From an uncultured virus (IMG/VR IMGVR_UViG_3300020536_000396) (Duplodnaviria; Heunggongvirae; Uroviricota; Caudoviricetes), in IMG/VR virus record IMGVR_UViG_3300020536_000396, positions 1-64,000 of that record: DNA of 64,000 bases; one strand, written 5' to 3'. Shown here one piece after another: positions 1 to 10,429 of the stretch (its first letter is position 1; every line of letters starts with the position of its first letter). The position numbers and the translations under genes were made by a program. The notes below the pieces were generated by a model that worked only from the letters and a program-made list of their open reading frames with translations, had not been told where the DNA came from and searched no databases.

Positions 1-1
1 T

Positions 2-217
2 GGTCTTGGAGGAGGTGGAGGAGGAAGTTACTTTGGTCCAGGACTAACTAATGGTAGAACAGGAAATGGTGGAAACGGTGTTGTAATTATAGCCTATTCT
101 GGATTGGCAGCTACAAATGTCTATGGAGCAAATTTAGTTTATACTTTAGATACAACAACGAGGGGTGGATTTAATGTTTATAAATTTACTGCCGGTATTG
201 GAACAATTACTTTTTAA
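2..217 (+). CDS. Partial (3' end) glycine-rich virion/tail-fibre-associated protein
   Basis: Manual translation of frame 2: GLGGGGGGSYFG...GNGGNGVVIIAYS...YKFTAGIGTITF*, a typical phage Gly-rich domain C-terminus. Confidence 0.7.
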   Translation, partial: GLGGGGGGSYFGPGLTNGRTGNGGNGVVIIAYSGLAATNVYGANLVYTLDTTTRGGFNVYKFTAGIGTITF

Positions 218-253
218 TTGAAATAAATATACGATCAGTTTTAGAGAAAAATA

Positions 254-730
254 ATGTCACTAAATTTCCCATCAAATCCAACGGCCAACGATATCTATTC
301 CATAAGTGGAAAAAGCTGGGTCTATAACGGCTATGGATGGGAATTACAAGGTGTTACTTCTGTCGAATCGGTTGCAGTTTCAACCTTTAATGGTACCGGT
401 ACAGGATCACAAGATACTTTCAATTTAGGTTTTAATCCTATATCAGCGCCATCTTTGTTTGTTACAATTGATGGTGTTGTTCAGCCCGAGTCTACTTACA
501 CGGTAAACACTTCGGCAAACACAATAACTTTTTCTACGAGCCCAGGATTAAATGAATCTGTTAGGGTTATGACTTTTTTTGCTAGAGTTAACCCTTATAA
601 CTTAGGAGACGGAACAATAACATTATCTAAATTTGATCCAGAGGTAAATGTTTATATACAAAATTATGTCAACACTCAAGTATCCGCAGCCGAAAGTTCT
701 GCTCTTGCCCTTGCTATTGCTTTAGGATAA
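254..730 (+). CDS. Putative tail-fibre/baseplate-associated structural protein
   Basis: N-terminal LNFPSNP...WVYNG motif, beta module (VTIDGVVQPESTYTV) and C-terminal ALAIALG, common in T4-like fibre proteins. Confidence 0.6.
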   Translation: MSLNFPSNPTANDIYSISGKSWVYNGYGWELQGVTSVESVAVSTFNGTGTGSQDTFNLGFNPISAPSLFVTIDGVVQPESTYTVNTSANTITFSTSPGLNESVRVMTFFARVNPYNLGDGTITLSKFDPEVNVYIQNYVNTQVSAAESSALALAIALG

Positions 731-733
731 AAA

Positions 734-1588
734 ATGACTACACAAAGAGTCGGCACAAATCGAATTGCTAATAATTCTATAACCACAGAAAAGTTATGGG
801 CTGAAATACCGAACAGAATAAATGCAGCCTTTGACGCTGCAAATAATGCTACAGACACGTATGTAAGAAATCATGCTAACGCCGCCTTTGATGCAGCGAA
901 TACGAAGTTACCTTTATCTGGAGGCACCGTAACAGGTGATTTAAGTGTTTCTGGCAACTTAACGGTAACAGGAAACACTTTCACTTTAAATGTAGGAACT
1001 CTTGTATCAAATGATAGTGTGATTCTATTAGCGGCTGGTAATTACACAACAGACCTTTTGGATATTGGTGTCATTGCACATTATAATGCTGGCACCAATG
1101 CTCATACTGGATTTGTTCGAGATCATATAACAAAAGAATGGTATTTGTTTAAAGAATACGTTCCAGAAATTGGAGCCAATAATAATATTAATACAAATGA
1201 TCCCTCTTTCAGATTAGATACGCTAAATGCAAATGTAAAATCAAATACTATTTCCTCAAATACTGTTACATTTAGAACTGAATACGATAATGGTAATTCT
1301 GGAACAGCAATAACAATTAATTTTGGTGTCAATCAAAAACAAAAGCTTACACTCAATGCAAACACTACTTTGACCTTTACTGCTCCTCCAGGTGTAGGTA
1401 ACTTTTTACTAAAGATCGTTCAAGATGGAACAGGAGGAAGATTAATTACTTGGCCAAATACAATTAGATGGACTTTAAATGCTAGGCCTATTTTAACGTC
1501 TAATGCAAACGCTATTGACATAGTATCATTCTACTATGACGGAACAAACTATTTTGGTGTAACTAGTTTTAATTTTGCGGCACCATAA
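734..1588 (+). CDS. Putative tail-fibre protein
   Basis: NAAFDAAN repeats, LPLSGGTVTGDL, C-terminal QDGTGGRLITWP...DIVSFYYDGTNYFG domain. Confidence 0.65.
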   Translation: MTTQRVGTNRIANNSITTEKLWAEIPNRINAAFDAANNATDTYVRNHANAAFDAANTKLPLSGGTVTGDLSVSGNLTVTGNTFTLNVGTLVSNDSVILLAAGNYTTDLLDIGVIAHYNAGTNAHTGFVRDHITKEWYLFKEYVPEIGANNNINTNDPSFRLDTLNANVKSNTISSNTVTFRTEYDNGNSGTAITINFGVNQKQKLTLNANTTLTFTAPPGVGNFLLKIVQDGTGGRLITWPNTIRWTLNARPILTSNANAIDIVSFYYDGTNYFGVTSFNFAAP

Positions 1589-2094
1589 TGTCAATTGTTG
1601 CTACACCATATACGTACACCACCAACGATGTACAAACTGAGAGTTGGGTATATAACTTTGCTGTTGGATCACTAACAAGAACAAATACTGCAACTGTAGA
1701 TACTGATATAAGAACAACAATAAATGTATTTAATAATGGCTTAGCAAATATCAATATCTCATCAGTAACAACAATAACAAGATCAGGAACAGATCCTGGT
1801 GCTTTCACCTACACAGCGGCCCCCGTTTTAAGATTTAATTCTGGAGGTGTAGATTTTACTTACTACTCCACATCTGGTTCTGTAAGTGTTGGAGGAAATG
1901 CTACTGGAACAGTTTCATTTCTTTCGACATTTAATATACTTTTGCCTGGTAATTTTTTGAATAAATTATGGACATCAAATCACTCTGTCACAGTAACAGA
2001 AACCAATACAGCTAGAGTTGATTCTGGGTTTTTGGTTAGTCCCGGTTTTCTAATACCATCTCACACTTCTACATTTTTTGGATCTAATTTTTAA
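1588..2094 (+). CDS. Thr/Ser-rich beta protein, probably structural
   Basis: ORF track; composition; coupled to fibre gene (TAATG). Confidence 0.5.
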   Translation: MSIVATPYTYTTNDVQTESWVYNFAVGSLTRTNTATVDTDIRTTINVFNNGLANINISSVTTITRSGTDPGAFTYTAAPVLRFNSGGVDFTYYSTSGSVSVGGNATGTVSFLSTFNILLPGNFLNKLWTSNHSVTVTETNTARVDSGFLVSPGFLIPSHTSTFFGSNF

Positions 2095-3125
2095 TGAGTT
2101 ATAGTGACAAGATTTTCATCTTTTATAATAAAAAAACTCTAGACATAATTTTCATACAAGAACCTTTAGGAACTAATCTGACACCAGAAAAGTTTCTGGA
2201 AGAAAGATATGCTATTGAAAGTAAATGTAGAGGTTTTCCTTTTGAAGATTTTGGCGTAATTATTGGTGACAGAGAAAACTATCAAAAATTTTTAAAAGAT
2301 ATTAATTCTTATTTTTTAAGAATTGACAGTGAAAAGAATGAAGTTGAATATGTTTTAAAAAAAAGAGACATTCTAAATCCAACTTACAATAGTCAAGATA
2401 TAAAAAGACTATTTACTCCAGAACAAGTTGGAGAAATGTACCATGATGATTATGTAAATTTTAATTTAAAGAATTTCCTAAAAACAAATTACGCTGAGGC
2501 TGCATTTTTACCTTTAAATGAAATCAACATAAGCCTTCATATGTTGAATAAGAACTGGAAATATTTTTATAGTGACCAGTTTCTTTCCGATTCTCATGAG
2601 GATAAAAGAATTTTAGGCCAAAATATCTATCAAAATGGAACTTATTGGCCAATTATTTTATCTCCGTTATACGGCCACGATTCAAATCATTCATATGTTT
2701 ATGAAGGCACACATAGAATTATATCTCTGAAGTTAAATCAAAAAGAAGGGCTCATACCACCAGATTATAAAATACTTTGTATAAAATATAAAGAGTGTTA
2801 TGAGGTACTTTTAAACTCCAAAAGATTTATGCCCGTTTCTAACTCTTATAGAGCTAGAACTTTAATAGAAATTCTTTATGGTAATAATGTAATCATTGAT
2901 GAGGAAAAATATAATGCCTGTGTGCAAGATTGTTTGGCAAATAACGGTAAAGTAAAAAACGAATATACTCTAGAGTGGAATGTCAACACAACTGGAGAAA
3001 GTATCTTTGCCTTACAAACTTATCCACATTGGCTCAGAGATTTGATTTATCCAATTACAGATATAGTTAAACCTAGTCCAATATTAAATGATGAAAAACT
3101 TTTTATGGAATGGTTGAATGAATAG
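2094..3125 (+). CDS. Hypothetical protein with ParB/Srx-like motif
   Basis: GTYWPIIL...YVYEGTHRIISL resembles the ParB/sulfiredoxin core. Confidence 0.45.
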   Translation: MSYSDKIFIFYNKKTLDIIFIQEPLGTNLTPEKFLEERYAIESKCRGFPFEDFGVIIGDRENYQKFLKDINSYFLRIDSEKNEVEYVLKKRDILNPTYNSQDIKRLFTPEQVGEMYHDDYVNFNLKNFLKTNYAEAAFLPLNEINISLHMLNKNWKYFYSDQFLSDSHEDKRILGQNIYQNGTYWPIILSPLYGHDSNHSYVYEGTHRIISLKLNQKEGLIPPDYKILCIKYKECYEVLLNSKRFMPVSNSYRARTLIEILYGNNVIIDEEKYNACVQDCLANNGKVKNEYTLEWNVNTTGESIFALQTYPHWLRDLIYPITDIVKPSPILNDEKLFMEWLNE

Positions 3126-4137
3126 TTTAAGGCATATTAGACGAGTTGATATAGAACTACAATCTTTTTGTAATAGAACCTGTGATTGGTGTCCAAACAA
3201 AGAATATCTAAGAGACAAAAGTATTGTTTTAGAAGATGTCTATTACACAAAAATACTTTCCGAATTGAATCAATTTGAATTTGCTTTAGATAGAAAGTTT
3301 CCAATTATTACTACCAATTTGGACATGGTAGAGTTTAACGAAGATTTTTATAGAGATCAACCTACAATATCATTTATGGGATTTCAAGAACCCATGGCTG
3401 ATATTAAGTTATTGAAAAGAAGGGTTCTTGAAGCAAAAGAAACCTTGCCTCCTTACGTTGTTTTAAGTACAAACACAAATGGTGATTATTTCACAAAGAA
3501 AAATCTAGACGGTCTTTTTCTTACCGTTTTAAATGTAATGGATTATGATTGCAAAGGCAAAGACTACTGGATTAAAACTTTAGAAGAAAATGACTGTATG
3601 GTTATTGACGATCCAGGCAAACAATACCAAGGAATATTAGCTATACACAAAAATATTAATTTAATTAAAGTTATGTATGATTGGCCAAAACAAATATTTT
3701 TGGAAAATAGAGGTGGCGTTTTAAGTAAAGAAGAACAATCACTAAAATTCATCAAGTGGAAAAATGATAGTAATAAAAGAATTGTTCCTTGTCCCGAGCC
3801 ATCTTATTATATCAATATTACATTTGATGGTAGTGTTATGCCATGCTGCCATATCCGTTCTGATATACCCATACATAAAGATTATATTTTAGGAAATGTA
3901 AAAGAAAATACACTGAAAGAAATATTGAATTCTCCAAAAGCGATAGAGTTCAGGCAGAGATTAACTGTTGAAAATGGAGATTATCCTGATCCATGTAAAT
4001 ATTGCCAAAAAATAAGGTCGAATGTTTGCACTGGTGCACCTAATGGCTTTAATTACATTGGCAAAAAATACATGGATAATAAAATAAATGAGAATGTGAG
4101 ATTTATAAATGATTTCAGCCCAAGTCAACAGTCTTAA
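3118..4137 (+). CDS. Radical SAM protein with SPASM/twitch domain
   Basis: CNRTCDWC; C-terminal CPEP...DGSVMPCC...LGNV...CKYC. Confidence 0.9.
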   Translation: MNSLRHIRRVDIELQSFCNRTCDWCPNKEYLRDKSIVLEDVYYTKILSELNQFEFALDRKFPIITTNLDMVEFNEDFYRDQPTISFMGFQEPMADIKLLKRRVLEAKETLPPYVVLSTNTNGDYFTKKNLDGLFLTVLNVMDYDCKGKDYWIKTLEENDCMVIDDPGKQYQGILAIHKNINLIKVMYDWPKQIFLENRGGVLSKEEQSLKFIKWKNDSNKRIVPCPEPSYYINITFDGSVMPCCHIRSDIPIHKDYILGNVKENTLKEILNSPKAIEFRQRLTVENGDYPDPCKYCQKIRSNVCTGAPNGFNYIGKKYMDNKINENVRFINDFSPSQQS

Positions 4138-4972
4138 ATTAGTAGAAATAGAAATCTATAACTACTGTAATCGACGTTGCGATTTTTGTCCTAATTCTCT
4201 AGTAACATCAAGGCAAGATAAAAAAAATCCAACAATTATGGATTTTGAGTTGTTCAAAAAAACAATTGATGAATTGGTAGTTTTGAATTACAGTGGTGTA
4301 ATTTCTTTTTCTAGATATAATGAACCACTTGCTTTCGATAAACTAACCAAAAAGTATGTTGATTATGTGAAACAAAGAACAAAAAATAAAGTTGTTGCTA
4401 ATACAAACGGCGACTTTTTGAATAAAAATAGTATTGAAATTTTTGATGAGTTGACAGTCATGGATTACTCTGGTAAGAGTCCTTATTGGTGGCAAAACAG
4501 AATGTCAAAACTGAATTGTAATTACATTCAAGAAAAAAGTAATGATGAGTTTTTATTTTTTAAAACACCGAATAATAAAGATATACTACTTTTTCTAGAC
4601 TTCAAAAAAAACGCCACAGTCGAAGATAGGGGTGGCATAATACAGACTTCGATAGTAAAGTTCAAGAATAATAAAGACAAGAGACAAAGACCCTGTTTTG
4701 AGCCACAGAAGTTTTTAGGTATCGACTATAATGGACATGTTACAATTTGTTGCAATATGAATAGTGAGTTTCATTTGCAACATACAATAGGTAATACCTT
4801 CACCGAATCAATCTCTGATATATTAAGTTCTTCAAAAAGAAAAAAGTATATTGAAATTATGTCATCAGAAAATTTTGAAAACTATCTTGATTCCTGTAAG
4901 TTTTGTCAAAAAGATCCAGGTAGATACACAAGAGATAATCCAGGAATATTTTATAATGGTGAACGCAAATGA
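4109..4972 (+). CDS. Radical SAM protein with SPASM/twitch domain (paralogue of upstream gene)
   Basis: CNRRCDFC; CFEP...NGHVTICC...CKFC; shares NTNGD, VMDY and RGG blocks. Confidence 0.9.
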   Translation: MISAQVNSLKLVEIEIYNYCNRRCDFCPNSLVTSRQDKKNPTIMDFELFKKTIDELVVLNYSGVISFSRYNEPLAFDKLTKKYVDYVKQRTKNKVVANTNGDFLNKNSIEIFDELTVMDYSGKSPYWWQNRMSKLNCNYIQEKSNDEFLFFKTPNNKDILLFLDFKKNATVEDRGGIIQTSIVKFKNNKDKRQRPCFEPQKFLGIDYNGHVTICCNMNSEFHLQHTIGNTFTESISDILSSSKRKKYIEIMSSENFENYLDSCKFCQKDPGRYTRDNPGIFYNGERK

Positions 4973-5625
4973 AAAAAATAGGAGTTTTTATTCCGGGCCG
5001 TTTGAAGAGTGAAAGATTGCCAAACAAATTAGTTTTACCTTTAGGCGATTCAAATCTGTGGGATATGGCATGTAAAAAGCTGAATGAATTGCCCGAAGAG
5101 TATAACAAATATGTTCTTTGTTATGATGAAGAATTGATTCACATAGCAAGTAAATATTCAAATCTTCAAATTATTGTGAGAGATAAATCAACAACTGAAG
5201 TTGACGGACCACTCACATACATATTCAAAGAGCTGAAAGATTTATCAGATGAATATCTAATGTTTTTGAATCCTTGTTTAAGTTTTTTAAACTTGGAAAC
5301 AATTGTTAGTTCTCTGCAACAATTTGAAAGTTCCAATTTTGAATACGCCACTAGCGTAAAAGAATATAAAAACTGGCTTTGGAATATGAATAAAGACAGT
5401 TTGACTCCTATTGATTATGAATCTTTATCAACAAAAAGCATTCCTGTTCACTATGAAGCTGCTCACTGTTTTCATATTTTTAATAGAAAAATTTTTTTTA
5501 AAACAGGCAAAATGTTAGATAAAAATTTACAACATATTTTAATATCAAATAACGAAGTCATTGATGTTGATACACATCAAGATTACCTATATGTAAAATG
5601 GAGGTATGAAGTTGTTTTCGAATAA
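4969..5625 (+). CDS. neuA: Acylneuraminate cytidylyltransferase family (NeuA/KdsB-like)
   Basis: FIPGRLKSERLPNK and C-terminal IDVDTHQDY. Confidence 0.8.
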   Translation: MKKIGVFIPGRLKSERLPNKLVLPLGDSNLWDMACKKLNELPEEYNKYVLCYDEELIHIASKYSNLQIIVRDKSTTEVDGPLTYIFKELKDLSDEYLMFLNPCLSFLNLETIVSSLQQFESSNFEYATSVKEYKNWLWNMNKDSLTPIDYESLSTKSIPVHYEAAHCFHIFNRKIFFKTGKMLDKNLQHILISNNEVIDVDTHQDYLYVKWRYEVVFE

Positions 5626-6310
5626 AGATACAGTTTTACCTTTTTATGAAGGTAATCGAATTAACTTTGTAGATAATAATTTTTATGATGTTTTGCCAGA
5701 ATTTTTTAAAGGCGACTCACCTTCTCCTTTTCGAAATATGGGACTGTTATATAAAGATATGATAGAGCCTTATGTCGATGAGATTGTTGACTGTTTAAAT
5801 GATCCTGAAAAAACAGAGGTAAAACAAACTCATAATGGTAATCCTGTTAGAGCTTTATTAAAAGATAAAACAGTAGTAAAATATATTGTTGAATATTTTG
5901 AAAATCTGTTTAATGATAAAGTTAATGAGATTCAAGTAAATCGAAACTTTGTGACAGATGTTCCTAGTTATCTTGATGTGGAAGAATGTAACAAAGATAA
6001 TTATTGGATATCACAATATTGGCATATAGACAACTATCTACACAAAAACTTTTCTGTTGGAATTTATCTAAACGATGTTGAAGATGGTGGCGGTCAGTTT
6101 GAATATTTAAATAATCCAGAATACTATTTTTATAATTCAAAAATAGGTAATTGGAAAACAAGTAGATTTAATTTATTACAACCATCAGAAGATGAGATAA
6201 CAAAAATTTTAGGCCCCAGATGTACAACTTTCTTTTTTATACCAAACTTTATACATCGAGGCACTTTTTCGAGAACAAAACAACGTGACTTTATAAGACT
6301 TTTATTTTGA
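5606..6310 (+). CDS. 2OG-Fe(II) oxygenase-like protein
   Basis: WHID...IYLNDVEDGGGQFEY...HRG...R. Confidence 0.7.
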   Translation: MKLFSNKDTVLPFYEGNRINFVDNNFYDVLPEFFKGDSPSPFRNMGLLYKDMIEPYVDEIVDCLNDPEKTEVKQTHNGNPVRALLKDKTVVKYIVEYFENLFNDKVNEIQVNRNFVTDVPSYLDVEECNKDNYWISQYWHIDNYLHKNFSVGIYLNDVEDGGGQFEYLNNPEYYFYNSKIGNWKTSRFNLLQPSEDEITKILGPRCTTFFFIPNFIHRGTFSRTKQRDFIRLLF

Positions 6311-6311
6311 T

Positions 6312-7142
6312 ATGATAAAATTTATTGCAGAAATTGGAATCAATCACAATGGCAGTTTAGATACTGCCTTAGAACTGATACAAAAATCTAAGGATGCCGG
6401 AGTTGACTGTGTAAAGTTTCAAAAAAGAACTCCTGATATTTGTGTGCCTGAAGAACAGAAATCTAAGTTAAGAGATACTCCTTGGGGTAAGATAACTTAT
6501 CTAGAATACAAAAAGAAAATTGAGTTCGAGAGAAAAGAATATGACTTTATCGATTCGTATTGTAAAAGAATAGGCATACAGTGGACTGCCAGTGTTTGGG
6601 ACATACCTAGCTTTCATTTTATAAACTCGTATAATGTTCCGTACATTAAAATTCCAAGTGCTTGTATAACTGACGATTCACTTTTGGTTGAGATGAATGA
6701 GAATAGTTCAAAACCCATAATGATATCAACAGGAATGAGTACAATTGGCCAAGTAAAAAGGTGTGTATCGATTCTTGATTCTAAAGTTGATTCCATTCTT
6801 CTTTGCAACAGTTCCTATCCTTCAGACTATTCAGAAATAGATTTAAATGCTTTATCATTTTTGAGAGAACAGTTTCCTCATTTGACGGTTGGATACAGTG
6901 GTCATGAAATCGATCTCTTACCTTCGATTTTAGCCTGCGGAGCTGGTGCCAAAATTATAGAAAGGCACGTTACTTTAGATAAAAACATGTGGGGAACCGA
7001 TCATAAATCCAGCTTGGACATCTTACAGTTAAAAGAATTAGTCAGTATTGTTCGACAGTCTGAAGTAATCATGGGTAAAAACTATCTGTTTGTTTATGAG
7101 AAAGAAAAAGAGATGGCAAAGAAACTCAGAAAAGAAACTTAA
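6312..7142 (+). CDS. neuB: N-acetylneuraminate synthase family (short form, no SAF domain)
   Basis: IAEIGINHNG, VKFQKR, KIPSA, ISTGMS, GYSGHE, IERHVTLD, GTDH. Confidence 0.92.
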   Translation: MIKFIAEIGINHNGSLDTALELIQKSKDAGVDCVKFQKRTPDICVPEEQKSKLRDTPWGKITYLEYKKKIEFERKEYDFIDSYCKRIGIQWTASVWDIPSFHFINSYNVPYIKIPSACITDDSLLVEMNENSSKPIMISTGMSTIGQVKRCVSILDSKVDSILLCNSSYPSDYSEIDLNALSFLREQFPHLTVGYSGHEIDLLPSILACGAGAKIIERHVTLDKNMWGTDHKSSLDILQLKELVSIVRQSEVIMGKNYLFVYEKEKEMAKKLRKET

Positions 7143-7162
7143 AATAAGATAAATACACCACT

Positions 7163-8116
7163 ATGGCAAAACCTACTAACAGAAAACAGTTCAAAGAATA
7201 CTGCCTACGCCGCATTGGCTGGCCAGTTATTGATATCAACGTCGATGAAGATCAAATAGAAGATCGAATCGATGACGCTTTGTCCTTCTGGAATGACTAT
7301 CATTTTGATGGCACCGAGAAGATGTTTATGAAGCATCGTATTACGGCTGAAGATATTAATCGTCGTTGGATTTATTGTCCAGACGCTGTTTTGTTTGTCA
7401 CCGGTATTTTTCCTTTTGATGAATCGAACTCGTCGATTAATATGTTCGACCTTCGTTATCAACTAAGACTTCATGACTTGTATGATTTTACATCCGTTTC
7501 ATATGTTTCGTATGAAATCACGATGCAACATATTCGCACTTTGAATCTTCTATTCTCTGGTACTCCACAGTTTAGATTTAATCGCCATCAAAATAAAGTA
7601 TTTTTAGATATAGATTGGGATAGAGATGTTGACGTTGGTGATTATGTCATCGTCGAATGTTATCGTAAATTAATTCCAGACACAATCACTTTAACTGGCA
7701 CAATGAGTGCCAATACCACATCGAATACTGTAACTGGAGTAGGAACAATATTCGATCAAGAGATATTGGAGAATGATATCATAGCCATTGGTGGTGAAGA
7801 AGTAACAGTTAAAAAAATTGTTTCTCCAACTGAAATAGAAACAAGAGGTCCTGTTACCTCAAATAAGTCTGGAGTTACCGCTACAAAAGAAGGATATAGT
7901 GATGTTTGGAATGACCGATTCTTAAAGATGTATGCTACTGCCAAGATCAAACAACAATGGGGAAGTAATCTTAAAAAGTTTGGCAACATTCAAATGCCAG
8001 GTGGAGTTGTATTAAATGGTCAACAAATATACGATGAGGCTTCAGCTGAACTAGCAAAAATAGAAGAAGAGATGCAATCTTACAATGTGTTGCCAAACGA
8101 TATGTACATGGGATGA
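7163..8116 (+). CDS. gp13: Neck protein gp13
   Basis: KEYCLRRIGWPVIDINV, QWGSNLKKF, GGVVLNGQQIY; synteny. Confidence 0.92.
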   Translation: MAKPTNRKQFKEYCLRRIGWPVIDINVDEDQIEDRIDDALSFWNDYHFDGTEKMFMKHRITAEDINRRWIYCPDAVLFVTGIFPFDESNSSINMFDLRYQLRLHDLYDFTSVSYVSYEITMQHIRTLNLLFSGTPQFRFNRHQNKVFLDIDWDRDVDVGDYVIVECYRKLIPDTITLTGTMSANTTSNTVTGVGTIFDQEILENDIIAIGGEEVTVKKIVSPTEIETRGPVTSNKSGVTATKEGYSDVWNDRFLKMYATAKIKQQWGSNLKKFGNIQMPGGVVLNGQQIYDEASAELAKIEEEMQSYNVLPNDMYMG

Positions 8117-8119
8117 TGA

Positions 8120-9001
8120 ATGGCGACCAATGTATATTTCAATCATTTTCCAAAAAATGTAACCTCTGAGCAACTGCTCATAGAAGATTTAGTTATCGAA
8201 GCCATAAAAATTTATGGCATGGATGTTTATTACCTTCCTAGATCGAGTCGTGATGAGGTAGACTATTTGTTTGGTGAAGATCCAATCAAACAATACACTT
8301 CTGCATATCCAATTGAACTGTACTTAGAAAACGTCACCGGCATGGATGGCGAACAAGACTTTATATCTAAATTCGGTTTGGAAATTCGTGATGAAATTGG
8401 CCTGTTAATGGCTCGCCGCAGATTTAAACAAGTGGTGCCAATGACGAGGCCACTAGAAGGCGATCTAATTTATGTTCCTTTGGTAACTAGTTTTTTTGAA
8501 ATAATGCATGTTGAGCATGAAAATGACCAGGCTATGTTCTTCACATTAGGCCGTGGTCGTGCCGCTAATGTATATGTTTATGCTTTAAAACTCAAACAAT
8601 ATGTATTCTCAAATGAGATTGTGAACACTGGCGTAAAAGAGATTGACGACAATATAAGAAATTATTATCCAAAAACCAGAATATCTTTAACATCCGGATC
8701 TGGAAAATTTGTTAATGATGAGATTGTTTATCAGGGAACAAGTCTATCTTCCGCAGCTGCACAAGCAATTGTTTTTGATTTTGTTCCCAATTCTCACATC
8801 GATATAATTCGAGTTCAAGGCTCCTTTACTTCTGGTAATGTAAAAGGAAATACCAGTTCTGCTCAATGGATTATTAATACCATCTCAGACACTTCAACAA
8901 TGAATACGGCATTTGAAGATATTATTGACAATGCTCGAATAGAATCTGAAGCGGATGGTATTATGGATTGGACAGAAACTAACCCATTTGGTGGTGATTA
9001 A
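8120..9001 (+). CDS. gp14: Neck protein gp14
   Basis: EQLLIEDLVIEAIKIYG, SKFGLEIRDE, RPLEGDLIY, ETNPFG. Confidence 0.92.
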   Translation: MATNVYFNHFPKNVTSEQLLIEDLVIEAIKIYGMDVYYLPRSSRDEVDYLFGEDPIKQYTSAYPIELYLENVTGMDGEQDFISKFGLEIRDEIGLLMARRRFKQVVPMTRPLEGDLIYVPLVTSFFEIMHVEHENDQAMFFTLGRGRAANVYVYALKLKQYVFSNEIVNTGVKEIDDNIRNYYPKTRISLTSGSGKFVNDEIVYQGTSLSSAAAQAIVFDFVPNSHIDIIRVQGSFTSGNVKGNTSSAQWIINTISDTSTMNTAFEDIIDNARIESEADGIMDWTETNPFGGD

Positions 9002-10026
9002 TGTTAGGTAATTCACATTTCTATAATCGAACAATCCGCAAAATTGTTGTGGCTTTTGGTTCAATGTTTAACGACATTACTCTTGTTCGCTACAATAAAG
9101 ATGGTACTATTCCTAAAGAATCGTTTAAAGTTCCTTTATCTTACGGACCAAAAGAAAAATATTTAACTAAATTAACTTCTGATCCAAATTTAGTTAAGTC
9201 AGTTAATACTGTTGTTCCTAGAATATCATTTGAATTGGTTTCTATGGAATATGATCCAACTAGAAAGTTATTAACAACAAACCAACACTTTGCTAAAGAC
9301 ACAGCATCATCGTTAAAGACTCAGTATTCTCCTATTCCTTATAACTTCGAATTTAATCTTTCTGTTTATGTTCGAAACACAGAAGATGGAACACAGATTA
9401 TAGAACAAATACTTCCGTTTTTTACTCCAGATTTTATCGTTACTGTTGATCTGATATCGTCAATGAATAAGAAGTATGATATTCCTGTTATTTTAAATTC
9501 AGTAACAACAAATGTTGAATACGAAGGTGATAGTTATACCACTAGATTAATTACTTGGGATTTATCTTTTACCGTCAAGGGTTATATTTTCCCACCAGTA
9601 AAAACTGGCGGTAAAATTATTGGTGCCTACAATGCAAACACTGGTACATATGGATCGGCCAATACAAATATTTACATTGATACAAGAGATAGAGATTCTC
9701 AAAAGGTATATGTCTGGTTTGCTAACGGTACCGGCGTATTTACCACTGGCGAAACAATTCGAGTAAACAGAAGAAACCTTTTTGGAGAAATCGTTTATTT
9801 CAGTAACTCCAACAATGGAGTTCTTGTTGCAACTGGATTAAATAAACTTTTAGAAGTTGGTGACAAGATTACTGGCGACTACTCTAACGCTTCTTTTGTG
9901 GTTAAAACTGTAGACAATGCACCAATTAAAGCTTTAGCTGTAGTTACACGGGTTGATCCTCTAACAGCAGAAATAGATGATGAATTTGGTTTCTCGGAGA
10001 CCATTACTAACTGGCCTAATACTTGA
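9001..10026 (+). CDS. gp15: Tail sheath stabiliser/completion protein gp15
   Basis: FYNRTIRKIVVAFGSMFNDI, VPLSYGPKEK, QIIEQILPFF. Confidence 0.92.
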   Translation: MLGNSHFYNRTIRKIVVAFGSMFNDITLVRYNKDGTIPKESFKVPLSYGPKEKYLTKLTSDPNLVKSVNTVVPRISFELVSMEYDPTRKLLTTNQHFAKDTASSLKTQYSPIPYNFEFNLSVYVRNTEDGTQIIEQILPFFTPDFIVTVDLISSMNKKYDIPVILNSVTTNVEYEGDSYTTRLITWDLSFTVKGYIFPPVKTGGKIIGAYNANTGTYGSANTNIYIDTRDRDSQKVYVWFANGTGVFTTGETIRVNRRNLFGEIVYFSNSNNGVLVATGLNKLLEVGDKITGDYSNASFVVKTVDNAPIKALAVVTRVDPLTAEIDDEFGFSETITNWPNT

Positions 10027-10027
10027 T

Positions 10028-10420
10028 ATGAATAAGTTGAATGAAAAACTATCTGAGGTTCTAGATGTTGAACCCATACCCGTAGAAGAACCAGAAGTTT
10101 TACCTGCTGTTTTCAATTCGGTTGAAGATGACGCTGAGTATGCCAGAAAGAATATTCGTACTCTGATAGAAAAAGGTAATCTCGCCGTTGATGGTATTTT
10201 GCATGTTGCCAAAGCATCAGATCATCCAAGAGCTTATGAAGTTGCGGCAGGTTTAATTAAAAATCTATCGGAGTTAAATAAAGATTTGATGGACATCCAG
10301 AAAAAGAAACAAGAATTAAATCCACAAGAGAAACAACAAAAGAATGGTATTAGTGTTGACAAGGCAGTTTTTGTAGGCTCTACTACCGAATTATTTAAAC
10401 TTTTGAAAAATAGCAAATAA
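10028..10420 (+). CDS. gp16: Terminase small subunit gp16
   Basis: DDAEYARKN, HPRAYEV, VFVGSTTEL; start reassigned to ATG 10028. Confidence 0.9.
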   Translation: MNKLNEKLSEVLDVEPIPVEEPEVLPAVFNSVEDDAEYARKNIRTLIEKGNLAVDGILHVAKASDHPRAYEVAAGLIKNLSELNKDLMDIQKKKQELNPQEKQQKNGISVDKAVFVGSTTELFKLLKNSK

Positions 10421-10429
10421 GGAATAGAG

